Below, piece after piece: positions 1 through 13,250 of a stretch of DNA of 64,000 nt. The notes under the pieces were generated by a model. That model was given only the letters and a program-made list of their open reading frames with translations, had not been told where the DNA came from and did no database searches. Position numbers and translations under genes: made by a program. Source of the DNA: Epiperipatus broadwayi. Taxonomy: Eukaryota; Animalia; Onychophora. How positions within the stretch are numbered: the stretch's first letter is position 1; each line of letters starts with the position of its first letter. The stretch covers positions 9,920,001 through 9,984,000 of the forward strand of contig JAQFVV010000009.1 of NCBI GenBank assembly GCA_028023455.1, read 5' to 3'.

Positions 1-3000
1 TATACTTAATGTCCATGTATCAAATTTATTAATGACCTCATTTATTAAATATCTTTTTTTCTGATACTAGATGCACCTTTCTTTTACAACTAAATAATTT
101 TTACTAAAATTATTACATTCAAACTTAATTTTATTATTAGCTCAATCTATTATAAAAAATAGCATAAACATCTCTGAATCATTTGTTTCTTTTAATGAAT
201 AAATCAAAGAATAAAAAAGAACAAAAAATTAAAATGCAAAATAAGTTTTATTTATGGAAATTTTATATTGAATGTTTATTTTCAGTTTGCAGCAAAATTA
301 GCAGTTATACTTCTTTTAAATGTCAGAAACTTTTCAATTATAATAATAATTATGCAAGTTATTTATAATTTTTTCTTATTCAATAATATCAATTTTTATT
401 TTCTTTTTTCTTAACCCATTGCAACTTACTTTAAACTTCTATCTTATTTTTTGTGTTCATCTGAGAGCTCTTATAATATTGAAAAATTGAAGCCTTATTT
501 GCAAAAGCAATCACATGACTTTAGTAATCTTTCAATGATATTTAAACTTTTTGCTTTTCATTTTCATCTATAAAATATTTTTCTTAAAAACTGCTAAAAA
601 GTATGGAGAGAATGACTGCACTACACAAAAGAACTGTTCCGTTTTGATGAACATAGTACTGTATTGTCTTTAGGGAAAAAATATAAAAACATAAATAAAT
701 TACTTGTCATAATTTTAATCATTGTTTTAATCTTTGAAAATAGTTACACAGTGCAGACTAACTAAGTTTTGATTCTTTCTAAAACTGAATATACTGCGTT
801 GTCATTAAAGAATTTCTCCTAGTTTTTTCTAGTTAAGAAATTTATAATAATTAAAAAAAGATCATAATTTGTATATAAATAAATAAGGTCCTATATAATA
901 GCAAAATACTCAAAATACTTTTCAGATATAGTTAAGCTTTTACATAGTGTTCATATACTGGAAACAAATATCTTTTTAATCCATGAGATATATCATTAAT
1001 AATAAAGTTTCATCCTTCTGTCAATTTTAAGCAAAAAATATTCTTGCTTGAGTAGTTATAGTCATGCAAGAATACTGTCAGTAAAGTATATATGACTAAG
1101 CCATTAAGAATACTTAATCCTCATCATTAGTCTTTGCCAATGATTTTCATGTATCCTTTACTAATATTACAAAATCTTACATTCAGGATTTCTCATTTAC
1201 ACAATTATATATAGTTAATGCTTTTTGATCTTTACTGAATACAGTCATTATCCTTGAAACTACCTATTTTGAAACATTAAGTATTTATTGTTTTAGGGCA
1301 ATTATGAATTGACCAATCAAGTATCAATTTAATCTTAGTTAAACCCAAGACTCCTTTTACAAACTTACAAATCTATTATCTTCCTATCATATATGTTTTA
1401 CCCTTTTCTTAAGTTTTTATTTTAAAAATAAAGAAAAACATATTCCCATTATTTTGTCTATTATATATAAATTCAAGCACATACAGTTAAAAATATTTTG
1501 AAAATTGACACCTTCTACATTAGCTACAACATTCTGGCATATCAAAATGCCATTAAATCATTTTGCAAGTGATAAGCAAATTAAAATAATTTATATCTTT
1601 AAGAATGTGTATAAATTCTTAGCAATAAAAAAAAGTCCTTAAGAATTAATTCAGCAATATAAAATTATGCCATTTAACAGTTTGTCAAAAGTTGGCTTTG
1701 CTGAAATATGTATTAATTAATTACATTAATAGTTATTTCTTATTATTATTATATACATCGTTCCAACATTCAGTGACAATAGCCACATTAGATGACCAAA
1801 TAATAAATTTAAGATAAACACAAAACAAATTAAAAGAGAATTGCAAAAATCTTTTGGAGAGATTTATTTAAGTTACTAACATTTCATATATATATAAATG
1901 CATAAAATTATTATTAAAACCAGAAATAAAGATAGCTACAAGAAAAAATAAAGCAATTCAAGTGTTAATTAATGAAACAACAACAAAAAGCTTAGGATCT
2001 TGTTTTTTTTTTTTAAAAAAAGATCTTGATAGTAAATTACTATAATCAACTAAAAATTCATATTCAGTTTTGTCTTTGTGATAATTCTTTATTTTTGTTA
2101 ATGCTCATTTTGATCCAACAAAAAAGTTTTACTTTTCATTAAGAAGAAAAGTTCATTTATTTCCCATTTTGTACAACAGAAACTATAAAATCTAAAATTA
2201 TATATTTTATATTATTAATTTGGAAAAATTATTGTTACTAATAAATTAAATTTGATAAATAATTCTAAATACATGATTATTGTTATCAGTTGCAGTCAAA
2301 GCAAACTTGTCTACCAGCAATTATAGAATATTCTATTAATAACATTGGACAAAAAGTAACACACTACCAATAATGATGATGATTAATTGCCGTAGCTTGT
2401 TTATAGTCTCCTATTGCAAATGATTTCATTATAGTAGTTATTGTTTGTGCCCTAAAATTCAAATCTAGTGACCTTTCAATTTTTCAAATATATCCCCCAT
2501 CTGCCACAATGGATCTTTATATGAAGATTCATCACAATCACCATCAATTTATACACACTATTTATGGTCTGTAGAAAAAAATTAAGAATTTTTTTTTTAA
2601 AACATCTGACATTTAAAAAAGGACTATTTTGTAAATTTGATATCATAAAATAATAACTTTATGAAAATTACATCATTTGAGAATAGAATGTGGCATTCAT
2701 ACTAAAAAATACAATAAAGTAAAGAATTTATTCATTATACAGCATAATTATGTTTTGATTATAGTTAAAATATGATTATTGTATTATATTTATTTAATTT
2801 TCAACTAGTATCCTTGCAATACAATTAGAGCTGTTATTTATGATATATCCATAATAAAAAAGACTTTCACTGTTAATGGTTAAAAAGAAAAAAAAATTGC
2901 AAGTTTCATTCAGTATAACAATACTTAATCAAAAACACATTTTGATCGCATACAATCACAAAATGCATTAATAATATCTTTTAAAATATATACATCATTA

Positions 3001-3168
3001 GCTAATATATATATATACTCAATCAATATTGGATTCATCTATAGCAAAAATGCTGCCATTATAATTCTGAATTATCTTGGATTAAAAAAAAAAAGAGAGA
3101 ATATAATTTCATGTATTATACAGTTAACAATCAATATGATCAAAAATTATTAAACATAAGTTGAAAAT

Positions 3169-3545
3169 ACTTACTTGCTCAATTTTTAATCAGTAATCTC
3201 AATTTATTTCAGACATATTCAAGATAATGGTTATTTTAGCAAAAAATAATAATAATAATAATAATACAAATTTCATTCAGTACAAAACTAAAAATAAATT
3301 TTGACAATAAATAATAAAGTATATTAATATTAAAAGTAGCTAAAATATATTCACATCAATTTTGGATTAATTTTTATAAAGAATTCTGTCAATGAAATCT
3401 AAATTATTTTCAGTTAAAAAATTGATTTTATGCACTATCAATTTTATATGATCAAATGTTACTAAATATAAATTACAAATATTAGTTACTTACTCAATTT
3501 TAAATTAATAATCTCAAATTCTTTCTGACACATTCAAGATAATGG
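3169..3545. repeat. ~60-bp direct duplication (3169-3230 and 3488-3545)
   Basis: Both copies read ACTTAC..CAATTTT..TAATCTCAA..TTTC.GACA..TTCAAGATAATGG. Each begins with a minus-strand GTAAGT-like motif, but no clean reading frame was found. Confidence 0.6.
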
Positions 3546-4413
3546 CAGCTTTTATCACAAGTATAAAATAATATAATATTGACAAAAAAAAAAAAAATTA
3601 ATCATTTGTGTTATTAAAACTATAGCAATCAACTCTATATTTCTTTACATAATTTTTATTCAATTATAACTTCATTTATATAAAATAAATAAATGAGAAA
3701 ATCATTGCTTGGGGAAAAAAAAATAAGTACTGCAAAAAAAAAAAAAAAATTCAAGTTTTATTGGTTAGATATTACAAAAAAAAAAAAAACATAATAAAAA
3801 AAATGCATTTTAAATTGGACATCATGTTAATATTTTTTTCTACATGCTTTATTTTAATTTAATAAATAATGATTCAGGAAATATTATTCTTTGTCTAGAT
3901 AAAATTAAAAAATGATGGACCATCAATAAAAAATTGTCTTTTTTTAATATATATTAAAAAAATAAATTATAGTTACTGAAATGTTTTATGTGGTATACCT
4001 ACCTATAAGTTAATACCCCCCCCCCACCCTTTTTAAAAAAAAAAAATCAGCGTTTTATATATTTTGAATTTATGATAACAAATTAAATTTTTTTGCCATT
4101 AAAAATCATTATAATTGCTTGTTTTATATGTAAGATTTTTAATTTATGAGGACCAATTGACTGTGCTATTTAGAATAAACCTATATAAGAATTCCCAAGC
4201 AAGCTTATATTTTTTTTTCAGATAGTTACCAATAGCAAGCTAGAGAATCATCTAACAACAATCAATAAATAGGTATTAAATTACCTTAATAAGAGAAGCA
4301 ATTTATAATTCTCTGATTCATTCTAAAACTAAATTACTATGTAGTCATTAAGAATTTATTGAGATTTTTTTCCCCCATTAAGGAGTAAAAATTTTTACTG
4401 ACCTGTTTTTAAA

Positions 4414-4689
4414 CAAAAATAATTACTTCTTCAACTACAGTTGGGATTTTAATATTTAACTTAAAATAAATGTGTGAAATGTCCAGAAATTAATTAATTC
4501 AATCCAGAGTTATAAAAAATAGTGTTTGAATTAATTAATTTCTAGACATCCCACACATTTATTTCAAGTTAGATAATTAAAAAAACAAAAACAGTTGTAG
4601 TTGAAACAATTCTTTTTTAACAAAAAAATTTGTATTTGGCTATTTTTTACAATTATTTTAATTCAAAATTTAAAACAGAAATTAAAACT
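4414..4689. mobile_element. Foldback/MITE-like non-autonomous element, copy A
   Basis: Internal ~70-bp inverted arms (about 4432-4503 and 4526-4603). A closely similar copy lies at 15226-15482. Confidence 0.7.
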
Positions 4690-6437
4690 ACTGCAGGCTG
4701 AATACCATTTTAATGGGATCCTTGTTCTGATTAGAAAATTTTATGAATTTGAACAAAATCACTCAAATAATTATAGAAATAAAATGCTTTAAAAAATGTT
4801 TCTGTACTTATTACTTTAAAATAGATTAGTTATTAGATGATTCACATCATTATTTTTATATTAACATTTTTTTTCAGGATAAACATTTTCTAAAAAATTG
4901 TAAACTTTTTGATTTTATATTTCATATACAGTTGAAAATCAATAACCAAATTTATCTGATTTTATAACAATTTTTTTAATAAATAAATTTCTCTATAAAA
5001 AATTGTAGTCTGTGAATATGTTTCTTGCATCATGAGATATATATAAAAGTGATTGGATATTAAAGAGATTACTGGGTTTATTTTTCTGTTGGCATTTGTT
5101 TTGAGGATAAACAACAAAGAATTGCTAACATTTTACCTTTAAATATGTAGATGAAATTCAATGCTTATTGTTAGTATTTTTTGCAAAGCTAATTCAACTT
5201 TTTTATAAATGAATACTAAGAAAATTGTAATCTTTATGTACATTTTTGCTATGCTATGATAGCTGATCTTATAATTACATATTAAAAAACTAATGCATGG
5301 AATTTTTTTATTGAATCTTTACTTCCATCTTGAATTATTTTAATTAAAATGAAAAAACAATAAATTTACATTACCAGTTTTTTTTATATTCAAACTAATG
5401 ACAAAAGGATGTACCTTTCTATATTAATATTTCTCTATTTTCTATGCATATACTTTCTTAAGGGAATATAATTGCTTTTAAAAATGTGATTACAAATAAA
5501 AATATTATTATTGCTTTCAATTGGCATATCTTTATTAATTAAAATAATAAAATGATAAATAAACTTAAAATTCTTCTATTATTTAATATTCTAACTCAAC
5601 TTCTTTTTAGATCTCTCTCTATTTAATTATGTTTTCAAGATAATTTTGAATTTATGATTTAAAAAAATTATAAAATAGGATTCATTAATTAAAGTTTATA
5701 ATGTAATTTTAAAATTGAGATGCTAGAATAATTAATGTTAGAGGATAGCAAATAATAGCAAAATTTTACCAACAATAATCGAATGTTTATCACTACTCTG
5801 TTGCATTTTTCCCCATATAAAAATTTGTTTATGAAATAAAAATGTAAATTGGCAATGTAAATTGGTCATCATTATTGGCTTTCACATATATTCTCAATGG
5901 AGTATAGAAAATATTAGATAAATTTTTTACTTGAGACTAAAAAAAACTGAAATAATTTTTTTAATATAGTGAACTGTTTTTAATTAAAAATTAAAATTAG
6001 AAGAATTAAGATTGCTTCATTAGTAAAAATAATTTTCCATCATTTTAATAAACTGTTTAAAATTTTTTCTAATTAATTTATTAAATTATAAAAAAATTTA
6101 TGATTTTATTAAATGCAGTAATACAATTTATTTAAAGAATATATTTAAAGAATAAGCTAATGATAATTTTTAACTGTAAATTGTTTAATAATATTAAATT
6201 TTAAAATATTTATGTATTTTTTCACATCTGTGTAACTGCTGTGCCAAGGTAGACATCTATTTTCAAATATAATGAGATCTTTTATAATTTTTATTAGCAA
6301 ATATATTTTATTAGCAAGTATATTTTAAAGCAAAATTAATTGATAATATAAATATATAAACACATAATTATTACTATCCTTATAATATATATATAAAGTT
6401 AATCCCAGAGCATAACGCTATACTGAAATAAATATAC

Positions 6438-6489
6438 AAATATTAATGAAATCACCCACATGGCTATCCATGTGGGTGACTTAATATTT
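6438..6489. repeat. GC-rich perfect 12-bp hairpin TCACCCACATGG-ctat-CCATGTGGGTGA, extended by AAATATTAA/TTAATATTT
   Basis: Direct inspection: arms 6452-6463 and 6468-6479. Confidence 0.8.
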
Positions 6490-7199
6490 ATATATAAAGT
6501 TATATAAATAAAATATATTACAAAGATTATTTATAACTTAGATATAGAATTATATTCTCCAATCTTATAAATGTAATTTGTTTTATTTAAAGATGAGAAT
6601 AAAAAGTTTTATGCATGACAGCATAATTACAAAACTGATCTATTTAAACATCTGCAAAAAATAAATATTCTAAATAAATTTTCTGTGATATATATACATG
6701 TACATACACAGGTGTGAGTTGATATATATTCTTCACCAACATAATGAACAATCACACTATTTATTACTGGAAATAATCTATCATGGTCTGCTTTTTTTTT
6801 TTGTAATTTATATTTATTTAAAAAAAGATTCAGCAGGCTTAATATGTTTATACTTTTGTACATTCCATCATTTGTATAAAAGTTTCTTATATCATATCAA
6901 ACACAAAACCTTGGACCACTGTGGTTATGCTGCTCATTTATAACCAATTTCATGCAAATTGTTATTTTGATCAATCAAATAATAAATACAATAGAATCAA
7001 AATTCCAATCCGAAAAGGAAAAGATCAAGTAAAAATGTCTGTGTAATTTTATAAAAAGATAGTAAGATATTCTGGAAAAACCAATTTTCTCTAGTTAAAA
7101 TTACTAACTTGTCAGCTTAGATGAATAGTAATTTTAACTAGATAAAGTTGGTTTTTATGAAATATCTTAATAACTTTTTACAAAATTGTGCAGACATTG

Positions 7200-7900
7200 T
7201 TACTAGGCCTTTTTTGTAATGATCTAATTCTGATTCTATTGTATACTTAAAATTAGTAATTTGTCTAAGTTGATATTTCTCACAAACCTTATTTTTTCTA
7301 TGCTCCAGACATAACCATAAGTTATTTCTTCTAATTTGAAAACCTTCCCAAATATTTCCTTTAAACTAAGCATATTTTCCAATAATCTTGCTGCAGGAAA
7401 TTATTTTAAAGTACAATAATAACATTGTATGTCATATTCTTAATGCCAAGGAAGTAAATGGTAATGGCAAAGTACAAGTAACAATTTCTAAAAATAATGA
7501 CTAACAAAATGAAACATAAAGACTTTGTCAAAATATTTTAAATTTATTTAACAATAATTACATTAAACACTTCAAATCAAATGGTAATAAAAAACAGGAA
7601 ATAGTAATTTTGATTGGACTTAACCTTAAAAAACTTTAAATGGTGTCTATGTCACAATCTACTCCCTATCTCTGGAGCTTTCACAGTTCATGTTGCTGTT
7701 TCTTTTATCATTATATCTCCCAAATATTTAAACCTTTCATAATATAAATAGTAGTATATCATTGATGATCTTTTTTGTCTCAATTTATCATTACAAATAT
7801 CAGATCTTCACTTGCAGCTTTATGAATGAATTTGCAATCAATTGATGATTCAGCATCAATTTGCATTAAGTAAACCATTGTTTCATCATTAAAATGTTTT
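7200..7900 (-). pseudogene. Heavily decayed non-LTR (RTE-like) reverse transcriptase remnant
   Basis: Minus-strand fragments ERFKYLG (RT subdomain 7-like) and KEIFG (C-terminal-like); many stops; boundaries approximate. Confidence 0.3.
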
Positions 7901-9219
7901 TCTTATATACTACATTTACACAAAAAAGTCAGTACTTTTTTAAAAAATTATTACTAATAATATGCTTTGTAAAATTAAATTCATTAGTTGTCACCTTTTT
8001 TTTTTCCAATTTTAAGATTTTTTTTTAAATCAAATTTTTAATATTCATTATGTATTTTGAATTATGAGATAATTTAGGAAACAATTGAGTGTGCTAGCCA
8101 AGATAAAACTGTACATTTAAGCAACAACAAAATTAATTAATAAAAAAGTAGAACACTGTTTAGTTTTTAATGCATATATAAAATGAGAGCAAAGTTGAAC
8201 AGTTATTTTATATATATATAAATGATACAAATATTTTAAAATTTACATATAGAAATTAGGATAACAATTTTTTTTTAAGTTTTATACTATAGAGAAAAAG
8301 TACATTATTTATGAACATTGTAATGAAAACTGAAGTTTTAAAAGAAAAGAGCTAATTAAACAAAATTTAATTCAAATTAATATTAATATTAGGGATATTT
8401 TTAAAAATATATAACCTATTTTTTTTTAAAAAATAAAGTTATCACATTTCATGTTGAGTTTTCTCACAAATGAAAATTGAAATACTAAAGAGAAGGAATA
8501 TTAAATTATTACTATAAAGTTTACCATGATTGTTGCCAGATTAACAAAATAGGTATTTACACTAAATGTAATTATTTTATGATTGATAGCAGAAGCAAAT
8601 AAGAATTACAATGAGAACTACAAAATTAAAATTTTGTTTAATAAATTTTTTTCAGATAATGGTTAGGAGAAGCAGTGGATTTTAAAATAACATTTGGCAG
8701 CATCTTATCTTAAGTAGGAAAACTAATCTTACATTTAACCAAATATATTAACAGTCATCTTCCATTTTTTTTATTTGTAATGAATCCCATTCAATTTGGA
8801 TATCCAATATTTGCATCTTTTAGTAAAACATGTACCTATTTTTCAAATCAATGGTCTCTTCAACTTTTCTTCTAACTTCATAAAGTCTGACAATGACAAA
8901 TATTTCATTTAATATCACTGATTTCTCTTTTTAATTCATGAAATCTTTTCACCCAATAAGGATCTTCAGTTGTAAGCAACTAAATAAAAAACACTATTGT
9001 ATGACAGATTTAAACTTGTTAATCCAGTGCTAACTGATGACTTTACAGTCCTTCTGAGACATAAGCCCATAATTTATTTTTGTCTATCATGACTAAAAAT
9101 ATAAAAAGATCATTCACATAAACAGGCAAAAAACTCTCCATATAGTAGTGCCACTTTGTGCTAACCAGAGTAATCAATGGATGCCAGAAGGCTTGTGCAT
9201 AAAATCCCCATCTAGACTC

Positions 9220-9278
9220 ATCCAATATCCTCAGACTAGTTTCTGGCTTGTGGCCTTCGTCAGTGAAGAGCCTTGGAT
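9220..9278 (-). ncRNA. Type I hammerhead ribozyme motif, copy 1
   Basis: Minus strand: ATCCAA-GGCT-CTTCA CTGACGA AGGC-CACAA-GCCA GAAA CTAG TC TGAGG-ATA-TTGGAT. Core CUGANGA/GAAA/GUC present; stem I and a palindromic CTAG stem III can form. Confidence 0.85.
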
Positions 9279-9741
9279 CTGAGAGTACTGCACCTAGATC
9301 TTAGGATCTAAAGCAATCCTCCAACAGCCATCTTTTATCTCCACTTCACTACAAAACTATGAGAATGAAATTAAAAACACAATAATATTTTCAATCTAAG
9401 CTCAATAGCTTATATAGTCATATGGGTCTGAACTCATTTCAGCACCCATACATTTTGGTGACTTTGGCTCTTTAACTACCATAGTCACCATTATCCTATT
9501 AGGCAGGATTGGTGTTAAACCACTAAACATCACATGATCACTATCTCATGCTAGCACATAACTGTTAGTAAATAGGCAAAAACTCTCCATATAGTAGTGC
9601 CACTTTGTGCTAAGCAGAATAATCAATGGATGTCAGAAGGCTTGTGCATAAAATCCCTCATAGTTTTGTAGTGAAGTGGAGATAAAAGGGGGCTACTGGA
9701 GAGTTGCATTAGATCCTAAGATCTAGGTGCAGTGCTTTCAG

Positions 9742-9800
9742 ATCCAAGGCTTCTAACTGACGAAGGTCACAAGCCAGAAACTAGTCTGGGTATATTAGAT
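9742..9800 (+). ncRNA. Type I hammerhead ribozyme motif, copy 2 (proximal stem I degenerate)
   Basis: CTGACGA 9757-9763, AGGTCACAAGCCA, GAAA 9777-9780, CTAGTC 9781-9786. Proximal stem I (TCTAA/TGGGT) pairs poorly. Confidence 0.7.
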
Positions 9801-10185
9801 GAGTAGGCACTAGATAGGGATTTTATGCACAAGCCTTCTGGCATCCATTGATTACTCTGGTTAGCTCAAAGTGGCACTACTATATGGAGAGTTTTTGCCT
9901 GTTTAGTAACAGTTATGTGCTAGCATGAGATGGTGATCATGTGATGTTTAGTGGTTTAACACCAATCCTGCGTAACAGGATAATGGTGGCTATGGTTGTA
10001 AAGAGCCAAAGACACCAAAATGTATGGGTGCTGAATTGAGTTCAGACCCATATGACTATATAAGCTATTGAGCTTAGATTGAAAATATTGTGTTTTCATT
10101 CTCATAGTTTTGTAGTGAAGTGGAGATAAAAGGTGGCTGCTAGAGGGTGGCATTAGATCCTAAGATCTAGGTGCAGTGCTCTCAT

Positions 10186-10244
10186 ATCCAAGGTTCCTCA
10201 CTGACGAAGGCCACAAGCCAGAAACTAGTCTGGGGTTATTGGAT
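10186..10244 (+). ncRNA. Type I hammerhead ribozyme motif, copy 3 (best preserved); predicted cleavage after C10230
   Basis: ATCCAA-GGTT-CCTCA CTGACGA(10201-10207) AGGC-CACAA-GCCA GAAA(10221-10224) CTAG TC TGGGG-TTA-TTGGAT. Confidence 0.88.
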
Positions 10245-11409
10245 GAGTAGGCACTAGATAGGGATTTTATGCAAAAGCCTTCTGGCATCCATTGATTACT
10301 CTGGTTAGCACAAAGTGGCACTACTATATGGAGAGTTTTTGCCTGTTTACTAACAGTTATGTGCTAGCATGAGATGGTGATCATGTGATGTTCAGTGGTT
10401 TAATCATTCACATAGTTATCCTGCCTTCAAAATTACCAATTCATATCTCAATTAAGATTTATAATATATCTGAGAAGAAAGGCAATATTTTTGTCTTGGC
10501 TTCAAACAGAAAGATAAAAAACAGTAAACGAACAATTCTGGCTAATGCATATTGGTGAATAGATCATTCATATGTTTGTTTGCTAAATGAATAATCACAC
10601 ATATAAAGAAATTTCAATATTAAAATTAAAACGTGAATATTTTCATAAGTAAATATTTCATATTAAATGTTGGCATCAAACATTATTTTGATAATAAGAA
10701 AAGTGTTTTTAAGATAAATTTATTAATATAAACAATATTATACATTATACTGCCATTCCATTTCAATTATACATTATGAAATTATAAGTAATTAGTTGGC
10801 AAAACAACCTCATGAAACAATTTGTACAAATAGCTAAACCAGTTTAATACTGGATCATGAGAGATAATCTAATGCATTCAAATATAGTTTAAACCATTTT
10901 TTAAAAATCCTTTTTTTAATATATTACTTTTCTTACTTTCAAAGATTAAAAAAAGCAGCAGGGTATTCAAATTGATCAGAAGAAGAGAAAAAATATAAAG
11001 ATTGTTCTCTGATTGCATAAATATATGTTTAATATTAACAGAATTTATCATTTAATGTCATCTTTATTTTTATATTATTAATGTTTTCATTGCTGATAAC
11101 TGTTTACATATGATTTTTAAAAGGATGGTGATTTTTTATTTATTTTAAAAAAACTATTTCTAATAATATAGCAATTAGATATTTGAATATATTTTTATTT
11201 GCAAACACTAATATAATCTCTTCATCAATGCACTGATTTTAGATGGTTTAAAATATAATATTTACTAATAATGTATATAAAAAATATTTTCTAAATTTTT
11301 CTGTTTATGATAAATGAATATTAAGAAATAATGAATATAATATTCCTCCACACTTTTATTTAATTTGATGAATAATGGACTAAAAAGCAAACAAACAATA
11401 AAAAATTAT

Positions 11410-11595
11410 ATTTTGGTAGTTAAATATAACTTTAAATAAAAGCATGGGACATTCATAAATTAATTAATTCATTGAATTACTTAATTTATGATGTCCCACA
11501 TTTTTATTTGAAGTTATATATAAAAAACCACAATGAATTAAATAATTTATGAACATCTCACACTTTTATTTAAAGTTACATATAACAACCAAAAT
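11410..11595. mobile_element. Foldback/MITE-like element with ~65-bp terminal inverted repeats, related to copies at 4414 and 15226
   Basis: ATTTTGGTAGTTAAATATAACTTTAAATAAAAG... pairs with ...CTTTTATTTAAAGTTACATATAACAACCAAAAT; a third partial arm lies internally. Confidence 0.65.
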
Positions 11596-12399
11596 TATGG
11601 TTCAAGAAAAAAAAGTTGTTTTGTGAGTGTGTGCTTGTATTACTCATCAAATTAAAAAAAAAAAACATTTAAAAAAAATTTTTTTTTATATGTATTATTT
11701 TTTAATATTCAAATCTATTCCTAAATCACTTACTTCAATTTTTCAAAATGACTTGTCATAAAAAAAAAAAAAAAGATATTCTTATTCAATTTAAAAAATT
11801 AGAATGTAAACAGTGTTATCATTTTTTCTAGTATTTAAAAAATTAAATTTGCTAGCATTAAAATTCAGTTCTAAGATCATTGCATTTATAAAAACAGCAG
11901 TTTAAAAAAGTGTATTTCACATAAACAATAAAGAGAAATTAAGATTTCATGCTTCATGACTTTTTCCCCATTTTAATAAACTGTAAACACTTTTTAGCAC
12001 AAGTCATAAATTGGAATGAAAGTACATTTTTAAAAATAAAGTACTATCATTCGAAACTTACTAAATCAATTTCAATGTGGTTTGAAATGCAGCCCACTAA
12101 CACTGTAGACTAGATGGTTTTAAAATATTGCACTGTTATATTGCATCACTTAAATTTTTCTAAATCCTTTTTAAGAAATTACTTTTTCACATAAACATAA
12201 AAGCTATTCCTATTCAAATATAAAAATAAAAAAGGTGAATCTTAAAAAATGATTACTTGGTAATAGTTTACAAATAGGTTACAAGATTTTTGTTTTTCAT
12301 GAAGGCAGAAGTTTAAAATTAAGATTTCTTCTTTATTTATTTTTGTCTTTGTTTTTAAAATCATGCTATCTATTATGCATGACTCGAAACTTACCAAAC

Positions 12400-13250
12400 C
12401 AATTTGCAATGCAGTTTGAACTACTGCCAGTTACCATTGTTAGGCTGGTCAAATCGGAAATATTTGGATTGTCATTAAAAACAAACATAATGTGTACAAG
12501 TAAATTATTTGGTAAAGATAGGTTAAAAATCAATAAAAGATTCAACCTAAATAAACAAAAGTTTTGAATTAAATAAAAACATTTCAAAATAAATATTATT
12601 ATCACTGCAAAATGAAGATCTCTGAGATAAATACTATTTCTGCCTTCCATAGTTTCTCCAGATTAATCTAGAGAAGTTCTTTATTTCATTCATCTATCTC
12701 ATTTATCGGATAAAGTTTAGAATTTTAGTTTTTCATAACTTCGAATATGTTTAGTTTAGCTTTATTTTACAGACATAATATCAATTTCTTGTCTGACCTA
12801 TATATTTCATTTACAATCTCTACTTTGCTAAATGACACATCTCTCCATACCATACTAAGCGATTTGTAGTATCCATATTCTTAATTAAACGTTGAGTTTC
12901 AAATACATTAAGAAATACTGATATAACATTTATTTTCAATTATACAGATATAATTTCTTTTTATATCATTAATTCTACTTTTAAATACATCTATTATATT
13001 TTCATATGTATTCATAATTTGATCTGCTTACTTTTTCTAATTTGTTAAAATCTGCAATTTTTTTTTTTTTTTAGCTATTTAATGTCATTTTAATCTTTTT
13101 AATATTTATTCTTTATCCTATTTTCATGCTTTCAGGGTAGTATAATCTATTCTATACTATTATACATTTTTATATTATATTTACTTAAGCAGACTATATT
13201 TTCTTGATATCAAAATAGTTTAAAACATTGGCTGAATACAAAAAAAAAAA
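12400..13250 (-). pseudogene. Decayed non-LTR RT remnant
   Basis: Minus-strand fragments resemble VRQG and the L.FADDI region (DLHFAVIII); very degenerate. Confidence 0.3.

Larger units (their letters stand above)
9121..10402. mobile_element. Retrozyme-like multimer of a ~445-bp hammerhead-containing unit, with internal inversion (9121-9656 sense on minus, 9657-10402 sense on plus)
   Basis: Unit periodicity 450 bp (9121 vs 9571) and 444 bp (9757 vs 10201). Flanked by a perfect 12-bp direct repeat ATCATTCACATA (9109-9120, 10403-10414). Three hammerhead motifs; no coding ORF. Confidence 0.88.

Noticed and set aside
9034-9060. CTGATGA just upstream of the retrozyme array
   Set aside because: No stem II followed by GAAA and no stem I partner.
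9820-9870. GCACAAGCC in the retrozyme unit resembling a twister P4 loop
   Set aside because: No pairing to close P4 and no pseudoknot partners found.
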